Source: a bacterium (GTDB lineage Bacteria > SAR324 > NAC60-12). Taken from it: DNA of 64,000 bases. The stretch is taken from positions 1 through 64,000 of the forward strand of contig CBDDTI010000295.1 of assembly GCA_965233585.1 (NCBI GenBank). Reading direction: 5' to 3'. This document shows, one piece after another, positions 19,087 to 28,706 of this stretch. The first letter of the stretch is position 1. Every line of letters starts with the position of its first letter. The notes under the pieces were generated by a model. That model had not been told where the DNA came from and made no database searches. It saw nothing but the letters and a program-made list of their open reading frames with translations. Position numbers and translations under genes: made by a program.

Positions 19087-20241
19087 ATGAAACTAACAAA
19101 TGAAGAGGTTAACCGATATTCAAGGCATTTGAGGCTTCCTGAAGTAGGGCTTGAGGGTCAAGAATGTTTGAAAGAGGCAAAAGTTTTGATTGTAGGTGCA
19201 GGTGGCTTGGGGTGTCCAATCGGTATGTATCTTGGAGCGGCTGGCATTGGAACAATCGGCTTGATGGACTTTGATGTGGTGGATTTGTCAAACCTACAAC
19301 GTCAAATTGCGTACGGAATTGACGACATTGGCAAGCCTAAAATAGAACAACTTCGCAAGACCATTCGTGCCTCAAATCCCAACATTGAAGTCCCCGTTCA
19401 TTCAGAAGGTATCAACAACGACAATGCACTAGAAGTTTTTGCACAATACGATGTCATTGTTGATGGGTCAGACAACTTCAATACTCGCTATCTTGTCAAT
19501 GATGCGTCATTTTTGACAAAAAAGCCGTTGATTTATGGCTCTATTTTCCGCTTTCAAGGGCAAATGACCATCTTTAACTATGAAAACTCTGCATGTTATC
19601 GTTGTTTGTATGAATCCCCACCTCCTGCCGCTTTAGTCCCAAATTGTGCAGAAGGCGGAGTTCTTGGTGTCTTACCCGGGATTGTAGGAATGATTCAAGC
19701 CACTGAAGCCATCAAACTTTTGCTGAACCGTGGGCAAACGTTGGTCAATAGGCTCTTACTCTTTGATGCGATGAAGATGAGCTTTAAAGAATTGAAAATC
19801 TATAAAAAGCCTGATTGTCCACTTTGTGGAGAAAACCCAACCATAGACAAATTGCAAGACTATGATGCCTTTTGCAATGTTTCTATCAGCCAAGACAGCC
19901 AAGATGAAGAAGAACTTGATGAACAAGCATTTTCTATGACCCCTGTTGAGCTGAAAGCCATCTTAAAAGAAAGAGCTGTCAAATTGGTAGACGTCAGAGA
20001 ACAACACGAATGGGACATTTGCCACATTGAAGGTGCTGTGTTGATTCCAAGCAGTGAATTTGACCAACGTTTGAATGAGCTGGATCCCAATGATGAAATC
20101 TATCTTTACTGCTACAAAGGGACACGTTCTATGAAGGCATTGAAAAAGCTTTACGGTGCAGGTTTTAGACACATTAAAAGTATTGAAGGAGGGATTGACC
20201 GATGGGCTGAATTGATTGACCCTGCTATGCCTCGTTACTAA
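19087..20241 (+). CDS. moeB: MoeB/ThiF adenylyltransferase with C-terminal rhodanese domain
   Basis: RYSRH, GAGGLG, SNLQRQ, DGSDNF, CYRC, NCAEGGVLG and CPLCG motifs; rhodanese CYKGTRS. Confidence 0.93.
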   Translation: MKLTNEEVNRYSRHLRLPEVGLEGQECLKEAKVLIVGAGGLGCPIGMYLGAAGIGTIGLMDFDVVDLSNLQRQIAYGIDDIGKPKIEQLRKTIRASNPNIEVPVHSEGINNDNALEVFAQYDVIVDGSDNFNTRYLVNDASFLTKKPLIYGSIFRFQGQMTIFNYENSACYRCLYESPPPAALVPNCAEGGVLGVLPGIVGMIQATEAIKLLLNRGQTLVNRLLLFDAMKMSFKELKIYKKPDCPLCGENPTIDKLQDYDAFCNVSISQDSQDEEELDEQAFSMTPVELKAILKERAVKLVDVREQHEWDICHIEGAVLIPSSEFDQRLNELDPNDEIYLYCYKGTRSMKALKKLYGAGFRHIKSIEGGIDRWAELIDPAMPRY

Positions 20242-21151
20242 ACTCATTTTGCAGAGCTGGACAATCGGAAGTGTCCTTGACTGGACACGTCAGTTTTTTA
20301 AAGAGGCAGGCATTGAATCGTTCAAACTGGATTCAGAGTTGTTGCTGGCTTATGTGTGCGATTGTTCTCGCTTACAACTCCTTTTGCAACATGACAAACC
20401 TCTTGTTGATGCAGAATTGACAAAATATCGTCATTTGATTAAAAGGAGAAAAGCAGGAGAACCCGTTGCTTACCTCACACAGCAAAAGTATTTTTGGGAT
20501 TTAGCAGAGCCTTTAATCATCAATCATGGTGTGTTAATCCCCCGACCTGATACCGAAGTTTTGGTAGAATTAGCAGTGCAGGAAATCCAACAAGTTCAAG
20601 AATCCTCTCCTGAAAGAAATGTCAAAATCTTGGAGCTTGGCACAGGAAGCCTTGCACTGCCCCTCGCTTTAATGACATCGCTACAAAATCTTGAATGTCT
20701 GTCTATTGACATCAGTCATCAGGCACTTCAAGTGTCCAATGCCAATCGTGAAAAGTTTCAACATGTGATGGATTCAGGGCATCACAAGCTAACCTTAATC
20801 CAAGCTGACCGCTTTGAATGCCTTGCACAAGTGGCATCTTTTGACTTCATTCTCTCCAACCCTCCTTATATTCCCTCAAATGACATTCCAACTTTGCAAA
20901 GAGAAGTCAGCCAGCATGAACCTCATCTTGCTCTTGATGGCGGAAGAGATGGATTGGATTTTTACAGATATTTGATGAAGACCGCTCCGCAACTGCTGAA
21001 ACCCAACGGAAAACTTTTGCTTGAGATAGGAGAGTCTCAAAACGAACTCATCAAACATTTACTTCCTGAATCCTTACAACTGTCAAAAACATTCCATGAT
21101 TTGCAAAACATTCCACGTGCCATTTGTTTAAGCTACTTCACTGACAAATGA
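20216..21151 (+). CDS. prmC: Release factor glutamine methyltransferase (start uncertain)
   Basis: RRKAGEPVAY, VLIPRPDTE, ELGTGS, SNPPY and ALDGG.DGL motifs. Confidence 0.94.
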   Translation: MTLLCLVTKLILQSWTIGSVLDWTRQFFKEAGIESFKLDSELLLAYVCDCSRLQLLLQHDKPLVDAELTKYRHLIKRRKAGEPVAYLTQQKYFWDLAEPLIINHGVLIPRPDTEVLVELAVQEIQQVQESSPERNVKILELGTGSLALPLALMTSLQNLECLSIDISHQALQVSNANREKFQHVMDSGHHKLTLIQADRFECLAQVASFDFILSNPPYIPSNDIPTLQREVSQHEPHLALDGGRDGLDFYRYLMKTAPQLLKPNGKLLLEIGESQNELIKHLLPESLQLSKTFHDLQNIPRAICLSYFTDK

Positions 21152-21188
21152 GCATTCATTAAAACATTCATCAGTCAAAAGGAGGTTT

Positions 21189-21374
21189 ATGAAATATCGT
21201 GTTGACGTCAAAGAAATTTGGGAACGTTCCTATGTCGTGGAGGCAAAAAGCAAAGCACACGCAAAGAAAATTGCACAAGACCAATCCAAAGCCTCTGCTA
21301 AACCCTTAACTTCCATCAGATTTTGGGGGTTGATTAGCCCTGAAGCATGGACAGTGGAAGAAGCAAAAAATTGA
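21189..21374 (+). CDS. Small hypothetical protein
   Basis: Strong RBS (AAGGAGG) before the ATG; YxV...YVVEAxSxxxA pattern. Confidence 0.7.
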   Translation: MKYRVDVKEIWERSYVVEAKSKAHAKKIAQDQSKASAKPLTSIRFWGLISPEAWTVEEAKN

Positions 21375-21392
21375 GTTTGTTAAAGTTGACGA

Positions 21393-21676
21393 TGGATTCC
21401 GTGTCAAGCACGGAATGATAGACTTGTCATGGTTCACCTGACTCTGCAAACTCTATACTGCCGTCATTCCTGCGAAAGCAGGAATCCATGCGATGTTGAC
21501 GATGGATTCCGTGTCAAGCACGAAATGACTGCTACTGTCATTCGGAGCGAAAGAACGTCACCCCTGTGAAAACAGAGGCAGGAATCCATTGTAAAATCTG
21601 GGTAAACTCCGAATCCAGTCCTGAAGAAATCCATGCCTTGTTTAAGGGAGATTCTGCATCAAGTGCTACAATGACG
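21393..21676. repeat. REP-like palindrome cluster (left border of the surface-protein island)
   Basis: GGATTCCGTGTCAAGCACG(G/A)AATGA twice, GTCATTCCTGCGAAAGCAGGAATCC, and GTCATTCGGAGCGAAAG...GCAGGAATCC. Confidence 0.88.
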
Positions 21677-21697
21677 GAAGATTTTTTTACAAAACAC

Positions 21698-21727
21698 TTG
21701 ACAACAGCAATATGTTAAACATAGAAT
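21698..21727 (+). promoter_or_regulatory. Putative sigma70 promoter of the giant lipoprotein locus
   Basis: TTGACA-N18-TAGAAT, about 40 bp upstream of ATG 21765. Confidence 0.6.
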
Positions 21728-21764
21728 TGATGCCTTTGTGTTTTCACTCTTCGCTTAAAAGGTT

Positions 21765-21884
21765 ATGATGAGAAAAAAAGTAAAATCCCCGTTTGCAAAT
21801 CAAACTCAAATCTTATCTAAAACATTGGAAAATAGAAATATTTGTCATAAAAACAACGAACTTTACCCCCCCCCCCCCGAATAA
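21765..21884 (+). CDS. 39-aa leader ORF; probable frameshifted 5' end of the giant lipoprotein
   Basis: AAAAGG then ATGATG. Translates MMRKKVKSPF...NELYPPPPE* and stops immediately after the C13 tract. Confidence 0.55.
   Translation: MMRKKVKSPFANQTQILSKTLENRNICHKNNELYPPPPE
21866..21878 (+). repeat. Poly-C (C13) simple sequence repeat; candidate phase-variation switch
   Basis: 13 consecutive C in AT-rich DNA. Confidence 0.9.
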
Positions 21885-22003
21885 CACCTTTTTATGACAA
21901 AATAAAAGCCTCACTTCTTTCCTCTTCCCCCTTTCATTTTCCAACACGTTTTCTTTCTTTTACCTTCACTCTCATCTTTTTTCTCAAATGTTTTGATAGA
22001 AGA

Positions 22004-25000
22004 TTGAGATTATCCAGAAAACATGGGTTAAGTTTGACCAAATCGCTCACTCTGTTCAGTGCAACATTGTTGGTTGTTGTGGGTTGTGGTTCTCCTTTTG
22101 TTTCCGAAAAAACAAGTGAGGATACACAGAATCCACCACCCAAACCAATGGCTCAAGAAACTCAAGATTCTATCCCTTCAGTCAATTTGCAAACAGGGTA
22201 TTTTGATAATGTTTCAGGAGTAGCTTACCAAACTTCATCAGGTCAAACAGGAATTGTAGGCAAAGACTTTTCTTATCAATACATACCAGATGATACTGTG
22301 ACATTTTTCATTCAAAAAAAGAATGAAACCATCATACTTGGAGAAGTGGAAGCGGGAGATGTGACTGTCTATGATTTTGTAGATGAAATTCCTGTCATTC
22401 AAGTCTTGTCTGCAGAGGATAGTGATTTTGATTCAGGTAATGGTTACCAAATCAAAAATCAGCCACCTGCTCAAGTCGCTCATCATCCATTGCATTGGTC
22501 AGACCAACAAAATCTGCTGGCATCAAACCAAAACGATCACTCCTTACCCATCTCGTTCAGCTCAAACTTCATTGCAAGCAATCCAACACCTATACAAGAA
22601 ATTGACCTGCAAGAATTGAATGATGAAGATTTACAGAAGCTCTCTCAACTCTATCCTGATGTCCTTGACCCTGATGCTGTTTATAAAAATATAGAAAATC
22701 TCTTTGCACAATACGCATCAGAAAAACCAAGTAAGACCTTGGAAAATTATATGAAGGGTGGAAGGTTCAAACTACTACTACCTTACAGCGCAAAAGTATC
22801 TAATTTAATGCGATATTTTCCCAAAGCCAAAGATAGCAATGGGAATGTCATCCGTGGGTATGACTACGAGCCACAAATTGGAGTAGGAACTATTGATACA
22901 GAAGCAAAGCTTTACCAAGCACGGGCAAAACTCTATGCTGTCATCAATAAGTTACAAAGTTATGAACGAAGTGTTTCCACAAAACGATTACAGACTACCA
23001 ATAGTATTGTTGAAACACGTGCTGATTACCTTGATCAAGCTGAAAAAGTTTTTGATTTTGCAGAACAGGTGGGGGACGTTATGGCTGCTGCTGCTGGCGG
23101 AGGAAAATCAGCAGCACTCAAGGCGGGAGGTAAATTTGCTTTGAAACAATCAGTGATTTTCGTTCAAGACCAAATCACTCAATATTTATTTGATCTAATA
23201 AAAGAAAAGTTAGAGAAAAAATCAGAAGAACTCCGTATGGAGTATGCTGAGAAAAATAATCTTACCCCAGAAGAAGTGGAAGAATTGATTAAGAAGCAAG
23301 AGCAACTAGTCACTGACCTCATCAAACTCTTAAGTCTGCCTCAACAAATAAAGGTAAGCATCATCACAAGAATTGATAACTATCAACTACCCATTCAAAT
23401 CAAAAATAAAAGTTTAAATCATGCTGTTCATGCTGTCATAAGAGAATCAGCAAAATGTGCAGTGGATGAAGTTTTTAATATGAGCCCAGATAATATGAAA
23501 GTTCATTATAAAGGATTTGTGAAAAAATCTGTAAATAAATATGTAGCCAAAGTACAAAACGGGAAAGTGTATTGGGGTACAGATAGACGTTTTAAATATA
23601 CCAAAGACTACAGATCCTTTTTAAAAAAAGGACTCAAGAACATAGTGAAACGTTGTATAGAAAAGAACAGGCTTAAGATGCTCAAATACGGTCTAAAAAA
23701 AGTAGGAGTAGAAGACCTTGATAAACACGGACATGCAAAAATGTTGGATGACATTATTTCAACTGCTACAAAAATATCAAGAGGATGTGTAAAAAACAAG
23801 GCGACTTGTGCAATAGAAGCCCAAGCTAGATTAGTTCTTTTGGGTGGTAGATTTGCAAATAATCTTGGTGCAACTGCAGCTTCAATTGCATTAACTGAGA
23901 TGGCAGAAAAGCAACAAGTTCTTAATTTAGGTTATTTAGAATACACCAGACTCCTCACCATTTTTGAATATGTGTTTGGAGAAGACCAAAGTGAAGCAAA
24001 AGTACATGAGTTTATTGAAAATTATTTGAGACTCAACGTTCCTAAAAAAACGGGAGCAACAACGAAATACTATGAGGATTTAGCTGATTTTGCAGAAGAT
24101 TACTGTCTTCCACATTTGCGTTTGACTCAAGTCTATGCTACTGACAAATGGGTTTCAAATAGCAAGGCTTGTAACGAAAAAAATCAGACTGATGAATACC
24201 GTCAGGATTCAACAGCCCTCATTTTGGGCAATATTTTTATGAACTATTATGCTGGTCATCCATACATAGACACAGTGGATGATTTTTTCGCCAAAAGATC
24301 TATTAGAGAAAGCATACCTCTTCCTGATGGCTTTTTTAGTTTGAGAAGACATGTTTACGACACAGGGAAAGTGGCTTTTTATCAACATATCACCTCACTC
24401 ATGCAAACAGGTTTTTTTAAATTTAAGCCAGAAAATGAGATTAAGTTAGAAAATGTTGTAGGAATTACAGGTCAACAAGATCAAGGCAATGTGAGTGTTC
24501 ATAATTTTATTAAATTTGATAATCTCAAATATCTTTACAATGATGAAGACGCATCTAGCACTCTTAGCCTCAAATTATCCTCCAAATCTTTAAAAGGAGG
24601 TTATTTTAAAATTAAGGAAATCAAAATTTTAAATCCACAAAATAAAACCTCTTTAGATTTAGCTTATCAAGGAAATTGCTTAAATTTTGTTCAAGTCAGA
24701 CCACTATCATCAATCACATGTGAGTTGGTGTCCTCCATAAACCGACCACTACCTCACCAGTTTTATGTCTCTGTTCAATACTTCAAACAGCTTAATCGCG
24801 AAAGTGCGGACGATTATCTGGTTACTATGGCAAAACTGGCTCCCCCCACACTTGATCTTCAACCTAAATCATACCAAGCAGAACAAGATGAACTGCTCAT
24901 CAAAGTCCATTTTAACAATCAAGGCTATGATCTTTCAGAAATTGAGTATGAATTTCAGATTGTGGGTTCCATGGAATCAAATTTCACTTCATCAACTTTT

Positions 25001-28000
25001 CAAAGTGATACTGATCAACTTGGTGAAGGAACAAAAGTTGTTTCATCTGACCCCTCTTACATCATTCAAAACCCATCAGGCAATTATGATGTGACAGTCA
25101 CTGCTTATGACAAGAAGACACGACAGCAGTTAGCCGCAGTGAGCCGATTGATAAGAGAACGTCAAGCTGCGATCCAACCAGATTTAGTCTGGACTGCCAA
25201 TCAACCTCTTATCTCTACAGCATTAGGAAAGAGTTTTAAAATTGCTCCTCAAGTGAAGCAGACCAAGAAAAATCATTCTGTTGATTTTTCCAAAATCCAA
25301 CACAACTGTTTCAAACTAGGGTTGGCTAAAAACAAATTTGCGTTCTATCAAGTCTTGTCTGATCCATCTTGTGCAGGAAAAGAGATTCCTATCTCTTTAA
25401 AGGTCTCTGTTGGTGATCAGACCAAAGAAGTGAAGTCTAATATCAAAATTGCCACACTTTCCAAAAAAGCCTTTGTCTATTTCCGCCCTGAAATGGATTT
25501 ACCTGCTGATGGAAGCTCTATTGTTCAAGGGCAGACTCTCACTAAGAAGTGGGGATTTAACAACAATGGGGGAATCACGATCAAAAATTTACGAGTCAAA
25601 TCAGTCAAAACTTCTGGAATAGAACAAGGAGCAGTCAGTTTTTCAAAGACCAACTGGAATCCGGGCGAGCTGAACGAATTTTCACTCACATTGAAAAATA
25701 CAAAATCTAATCAAAAAGAGTTTTATGGTCGTTTTGAGCTAGAGCATGACTCAGATGGCGATGGTCAATATGAACCTCTCCCTTTCAGGGATGGTCGTCA
25801 AGCATACATGACATATCAGTTCAATGCTGCTCAGAATGGGATTTATTCTGTCAAAGTTTTTAAAAGATACGGTCAAACAGTGATCTCTTTAAGGACCAAA
25901 TACCCTGTTTCACATAACCAAATGAGTTTGATTATCAGTGGTTATGATCAAACTCAATCTTTAAGACGATTAAAAAGTAAAACTCGTTTTGAATTCAGCA
26001 AAAAACTAGCTGATGGAAAATATGCAGGTCTTTTCAATTTGCTTGATCAAAATAAGCAAGTTGTGGGGTCTAAGTCATTTTCTTTCGCAGTAGGGCAACC
26101 TCAAACTCCTGTGAATCCACCGCCTAGCCAAAAACCTTCTATCTCTTCCATGACTCCCCAGCAGGCTACTCAATCCATTGGAAAGAAATTTATAGTCAAA
26201 GGAAAGGGTTTGCATCAAGGTTTAAAAATGTATCTTGACCGAGAAGCAAATTGTTTGTCTCCCCAGATGAATTCTGATCAGACACAAGCCACTGTTTTTT
26301 GCACTCCTCACAAATCAGGCAATGTGAACTTTTATATTCAAGACAGCAAAGGTCAAAACATCTCTGCCTCTCCATATTCTGTCAGAGTCTCTGCATACTC
26401 TGCTAAAAAACCAACACTTTTACAAATTGCACCAACTCACAAAGTCGCTGATAACATAGGCTTCACATTGTCCTTGCATGGGGCAGATTTTAATACTCAA
26501 AGTCGCATAGAACTTGGTTTGATAGGAGGAAACACGGGGAGAGTGAAACCCATTTACGTTTCTAGCACCAAGCTAGAAATCAAAAAATTCCCAGCATTGA
26601 AAAAACTAGCAGGCAAAACACTCATGTTGAGAGTCAAAAATGGAAGAAAAATTTCTGATTGGAAATACTTGACTTTCGCTCAACAGGCATCACCCAAACC
26701 CAATCCTCCCTCTCAACCTAAACCAACACCATCCAATCCTCCAAATCAGCCTAAACAAGATATTGTAACCATTACATCTAATCCTAATCGCAATATCTTA
26801 TCTTCTCCTAACGGGGGTGAAGTTTGGATTTATGGCAAAACAGAAACGGTTCGTTGGAATCAGAATGCACTAGGAGGAAGCTATCTGGATATTTATGTTT
26901 TGCATGATGACCCAACAGTGCTCAGCAACAGCCAAGTTGCAGACCTGTCTGTGATCAATTCTAAACGATGGTATCGTTTTGCAACCAAAATTAGGAATAC
27001 AGGAAGTTATACAGTAGATCCAGCAAAACTAAACTCACGTGGAGATGCATACCTGATTTTAATTGTTTCAAGCAGTGACAAGACAAAATTTGATTTAAGC
27101 GATAAGACCTTCGGCATCTTCCCAAAACTTCCAAGCCTACCCCCTTCAGGTGGAGGAGATAGCACAACTTCTAAACCTGTCTTCAATAGTGGCGTGGCAC
27201 TTTCTCAAGGTAACGGGTACATCAACACTGCTTGGAATGCAGCATACAATGCCACCAGATATGAACTCTATCGCTCCACTAACAGCTCTTATTGGGGAAG
27301 TAGAATTTACAGTGGCACTGGTACTAGTTACAGAGACACCAATGTCTCTGATGGCACCACTTACTACTATCGTGCCAAAGCATGTAATAATGCAGGTTGT
27401 ACCGATGGCAGGCAAAATTTCTTCACATATCGCAAGCCTTCTTCAGGAAGTGGAGGAGGCAGTAACCCTTCTAAACCTTCATTCAATAGTGGCGTGGCAC
27501 TTTCTCAAGGTAGCGGGTACATCAACACTGCTTGGAATGCTGCATCCAATTTCACCAGATATGAACTCTACCGCTCTACTAACAGCTCTTATTGGGGAAG
27601 CAGAATTTACAGTGGCTCTAACAACAGTTACAGAGACACCAATGTCTCTGATGGAACAACTTATTACTATCGTGCCAAAGCATGTAATAGTGCAGGTTGT
27701 ACTGATGGCAGGCAAAATTACTTCACATATCGCAAGCCTTCTTCAGGAAGTGGAGGAGGTAGTACTCCGACACCTTCCGCACCAACTTTGTCTTCTCTGA
27801 CACCTGACACTCAGAAAGCCAAAGGTCACTATTTTGACGTCTATTTTTATGGTTCAAACTTCACTTCTAGCAGTCAAGTAGAAATAGACAATGGGCGTAC
27901 ACCTTCCACGACTTATGTCTCCAGTTCAGAATTAAAAATTAGCATTCAGGCTAGTCAAAACTTGGCAGGTCAAACCCTGAAATTTAGAATCAAAAATGGC

Positions 28001-28603
28001 TCTCAAACTTCTGGTTGGAAGACCATCAGCTTTTTAACACCAACCAGTCCAACTCCTGAAGTCACTTCTATTTCTCCAACGACAGTCACTGAAGGAACAA
28101 GCACCACTTTCACTGTAACAGGACAACACTTACCCAGCACTCTTGCTATGTCCCTACAAGGTTCAGCAAGCTGTGGCAGTGAGTCTGTCAATTCTGCAGG
28201 AACACAAGCCACCATCACCTGTATTCCTAAGAGAACTGGCGATGTTGCTTTCTATGTCGCACCTCAAGATGGAGGAAAGGCTGTTCAAGGTTCTCCTTTT
28301 ACCATCACAGTCAAATCTTCTAAACTCTCATTATCCAGACTTTCGCATACAAGAGTGTCTGCAGACGGCTCATCTTTCAATCTCTACTTTTATGGCTCCA
28401 ATTTCACAAGGAATGCTGAAATAGAATATGGACGGACTACATCTTCTAGAAGATACACTTATAGCTCTCCCCGATACCTTTCAAGTTCAAGATTGGGAGT
28501 GGGTTTCACAGCAGCAAAGTCTTTAGCTGGCAAAACTCTTCAGTTTAGAGTGAAAGATGGTTCTCAAACTTCTGAGTGGAGATACCTGGGCTTTACAAAT
28601 TGA
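22004..28603 (+). CDS. Giant (2199 aa) multidomain surface lipoprotein / putative adhesin
   Basis: Lipobox LLVVVGC; NBR1-like Ig motif (DGSSIVQGQTLTKKWGFNNNG); several IPT/TIG-like units (P.ISSMTP, PTLSSLTP, PEVTSISP); SPNGGEVW domain; two FN3-like repeats; Pro/Gly-Ser linkers. Confidence 0.85.
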   Translation: MRLSRKHGLSLTKSLTLFSATLLVVVGCGSPFVSEKTSEDTQNPPPKPMAQETQDSIPSVNLQTGYFDNVSGVAYQTSSGQTGIVGKDFSYQYIPDDTVTFFIQKKNETIILGEVEAGDVTVYDFVDEIPVIQVLSAEDSDFDSGNGYQIKNQPPAQVAHHPLHWSDQQNLLASNQNDHSLPISFSSNFIASNPTPIQEIDLQELNDEDLQKLSQLYPDVLDPDAVYKNIENLFAQYASEKPSKTLENYMKGGRFKLLLPYSAKVSNLMRYFPKAKDSNGNVIRGYDYEPQIGVGTIDTEAKLYQARAKLYAVINKLQSYERSVSTKRLQTTNSIVETRADYLDQAEKVFDFAEQVGDVMAAAAGGGKSAALKAGGKFALKQSVIFVQDQITQYLFDLIKEKLEKKSEELRMEYAEKNNLTPEEVEELIKKQEQLVTDLIKLLSLPQQIKVSIITRIDNYQLPIQIKNKSLNHAVHAVIRESAKCAVDEVFNMSPDNMKVHYKGFVKKSVNKYVAKVQNGKVYWGTDRRFKYTKDYRSFLKKGLKNIVKRCIEKNRLKMLKYGLKKVGVEDLDKHGHAKMLDDIISTATKISRGCVKNKATCAIEAQARLVLLGGRFANNLGATAASIALTEMAEKQQVLNLGYLEYTRLLTIFEYVFGEDQSEAKVHEFIENYLRLNVPKKTGATTKYYEDLADFAEDYCLPHLRLTQVYATDKWVSNSKACNEKNQTDEYRQDSTALILGNIFMNYYAGHPYIDTVDDFFAKRSIRESIPLPDGFFSLRRHVYDTGKVAFYQHITSLMQTGFFKFKPENEIKLENVVGITGQQDQGNVSVHNFIKFDNLKYLYNDEDASSTLSLKLSSKSLKGGYFKIKEIKILNPQNKTSLDLAYQGNCLNFVQVRPLSSITCELVSSINRPLPHQFYVSVQYFKQLNRESADDYLVTMAKLAPPTLDLQPKSYQAEQDELLIKVHFNNQGYDLSEIEYEFQIVGSMESNFTSSTFQSDTDQLGEGTKVVSSDPSYIIQNPSGNYDVTVTAYDKKTRQQLAAVSRLIRERQAAIQPDLVWTANQPLISTALGKSFKIAPQVKQTKKNHSVDFSKIQHNCFKLGLAKNKFAFYQVLSDPSCAGKEIPISLKVSVGDQTKEVKSNIKIATLSKKAFVYFRPEMDLPADGSSIVQGQTLTKKWGFNNNGGITIKNLRVKSVKTSGIEQGAVSFSKTNWNPGELNEFSLTLKNTKSNQKEFYGRFELEHDSDGDGQYEPLPFRDGRQAYMTYQFNAAQNGIYSVKVFKRYGQTVISLRTKYPVSHNQMSLIISGYDQTQSLRRLKSKTRFEFSKKLADGKYAGLFNLLDQNKQVVGSKSFSFAVGQPQTPVNPPPSQKPSISSMTPQQATQSIGKKFIVKGKGLHQGLKMYLDREANCLSPQMNSDQTQATVFCTPHKSGNVNFYIQDSKGQNISASPYSVRVSAYSAKKPTLLQIAPTHKVADNIGFTLSLHGADFNTQSRIELGLIGGNTGRVKPIYVSSTKLEIKKFPALKKLAGKTLMLRVKNGRKISDWKYLTFAQQASPKPNPPSQPKPTPSNPPNQPKQDIVTITSNPNRNILSSPNGGEVWIYGKTETVRWNQNALGGSYLDIYVLHDDPTVLSNSQVADLSVINSKRWYRFATKIRNTGSYTVDPAKLNSRGDAYLILIVSSSDKTKFDLSDKTFGIFPKLPSLPPSGGGDSTTSKPVFNSGVALSQGNGYINTAWNAAYNATRYELYRSTNSSYWGSRIYSGTGTSYRDTNVSDGTTYYYRAKACNNAGCTDGRQNFFTYRKPSSGSGGGSNPSKPSFNSGVALSQGSGYINTAWNAASNFTRYELYRSTNSSYWGSRIYSGSNNSYRDTNVSDGTTYYYRAKACNSAGCTDGRQNYFTYRKPSSGSGGGSTPTPSAPTLSSLTPDTQKAKGHYFDVYFYGSNFTSSSQVEIDNGRTPSTTYVSSSELKISIQASQNLAGQTLKFRIKNGSQTSGWKTISFLTPTSPTPEVTSISPTTVTEGTSTTFTVTGQHLPSTLAMSLQGSASCGSESVNSAGTQATITCIPKRTGDVAFYVAPQDGGKAVQGSPFTITVKSSKLSLSRLSHTRVSADGSSFNLYFYGSNFTRNAEIEYGRTTSSRRYTYSSPRYLSSSRLGVGFTAAKSLAGKTLQFRVKDGSQTSEWRYLGFTN
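27168..27759 (+). repeat. 300-bp tandem duplication encoding two FN3-like domains
   Basis: KP.FNSGVALSQG.GYINTAWNAA...YELYRS...DTNVSDGTTYYYRAKACN is repeated with near DNA identity. Confidence 0.93.
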
Positions 28604-28706
28604 GACTGAACTACTCAAGCATGTTTGAATCACGGAGGTTCAAAAAACTCCCTGTCAAACTGCTTGACTCCTCACTTTTTAACAAAAATCAACATTAGAA
28701 AAAATT

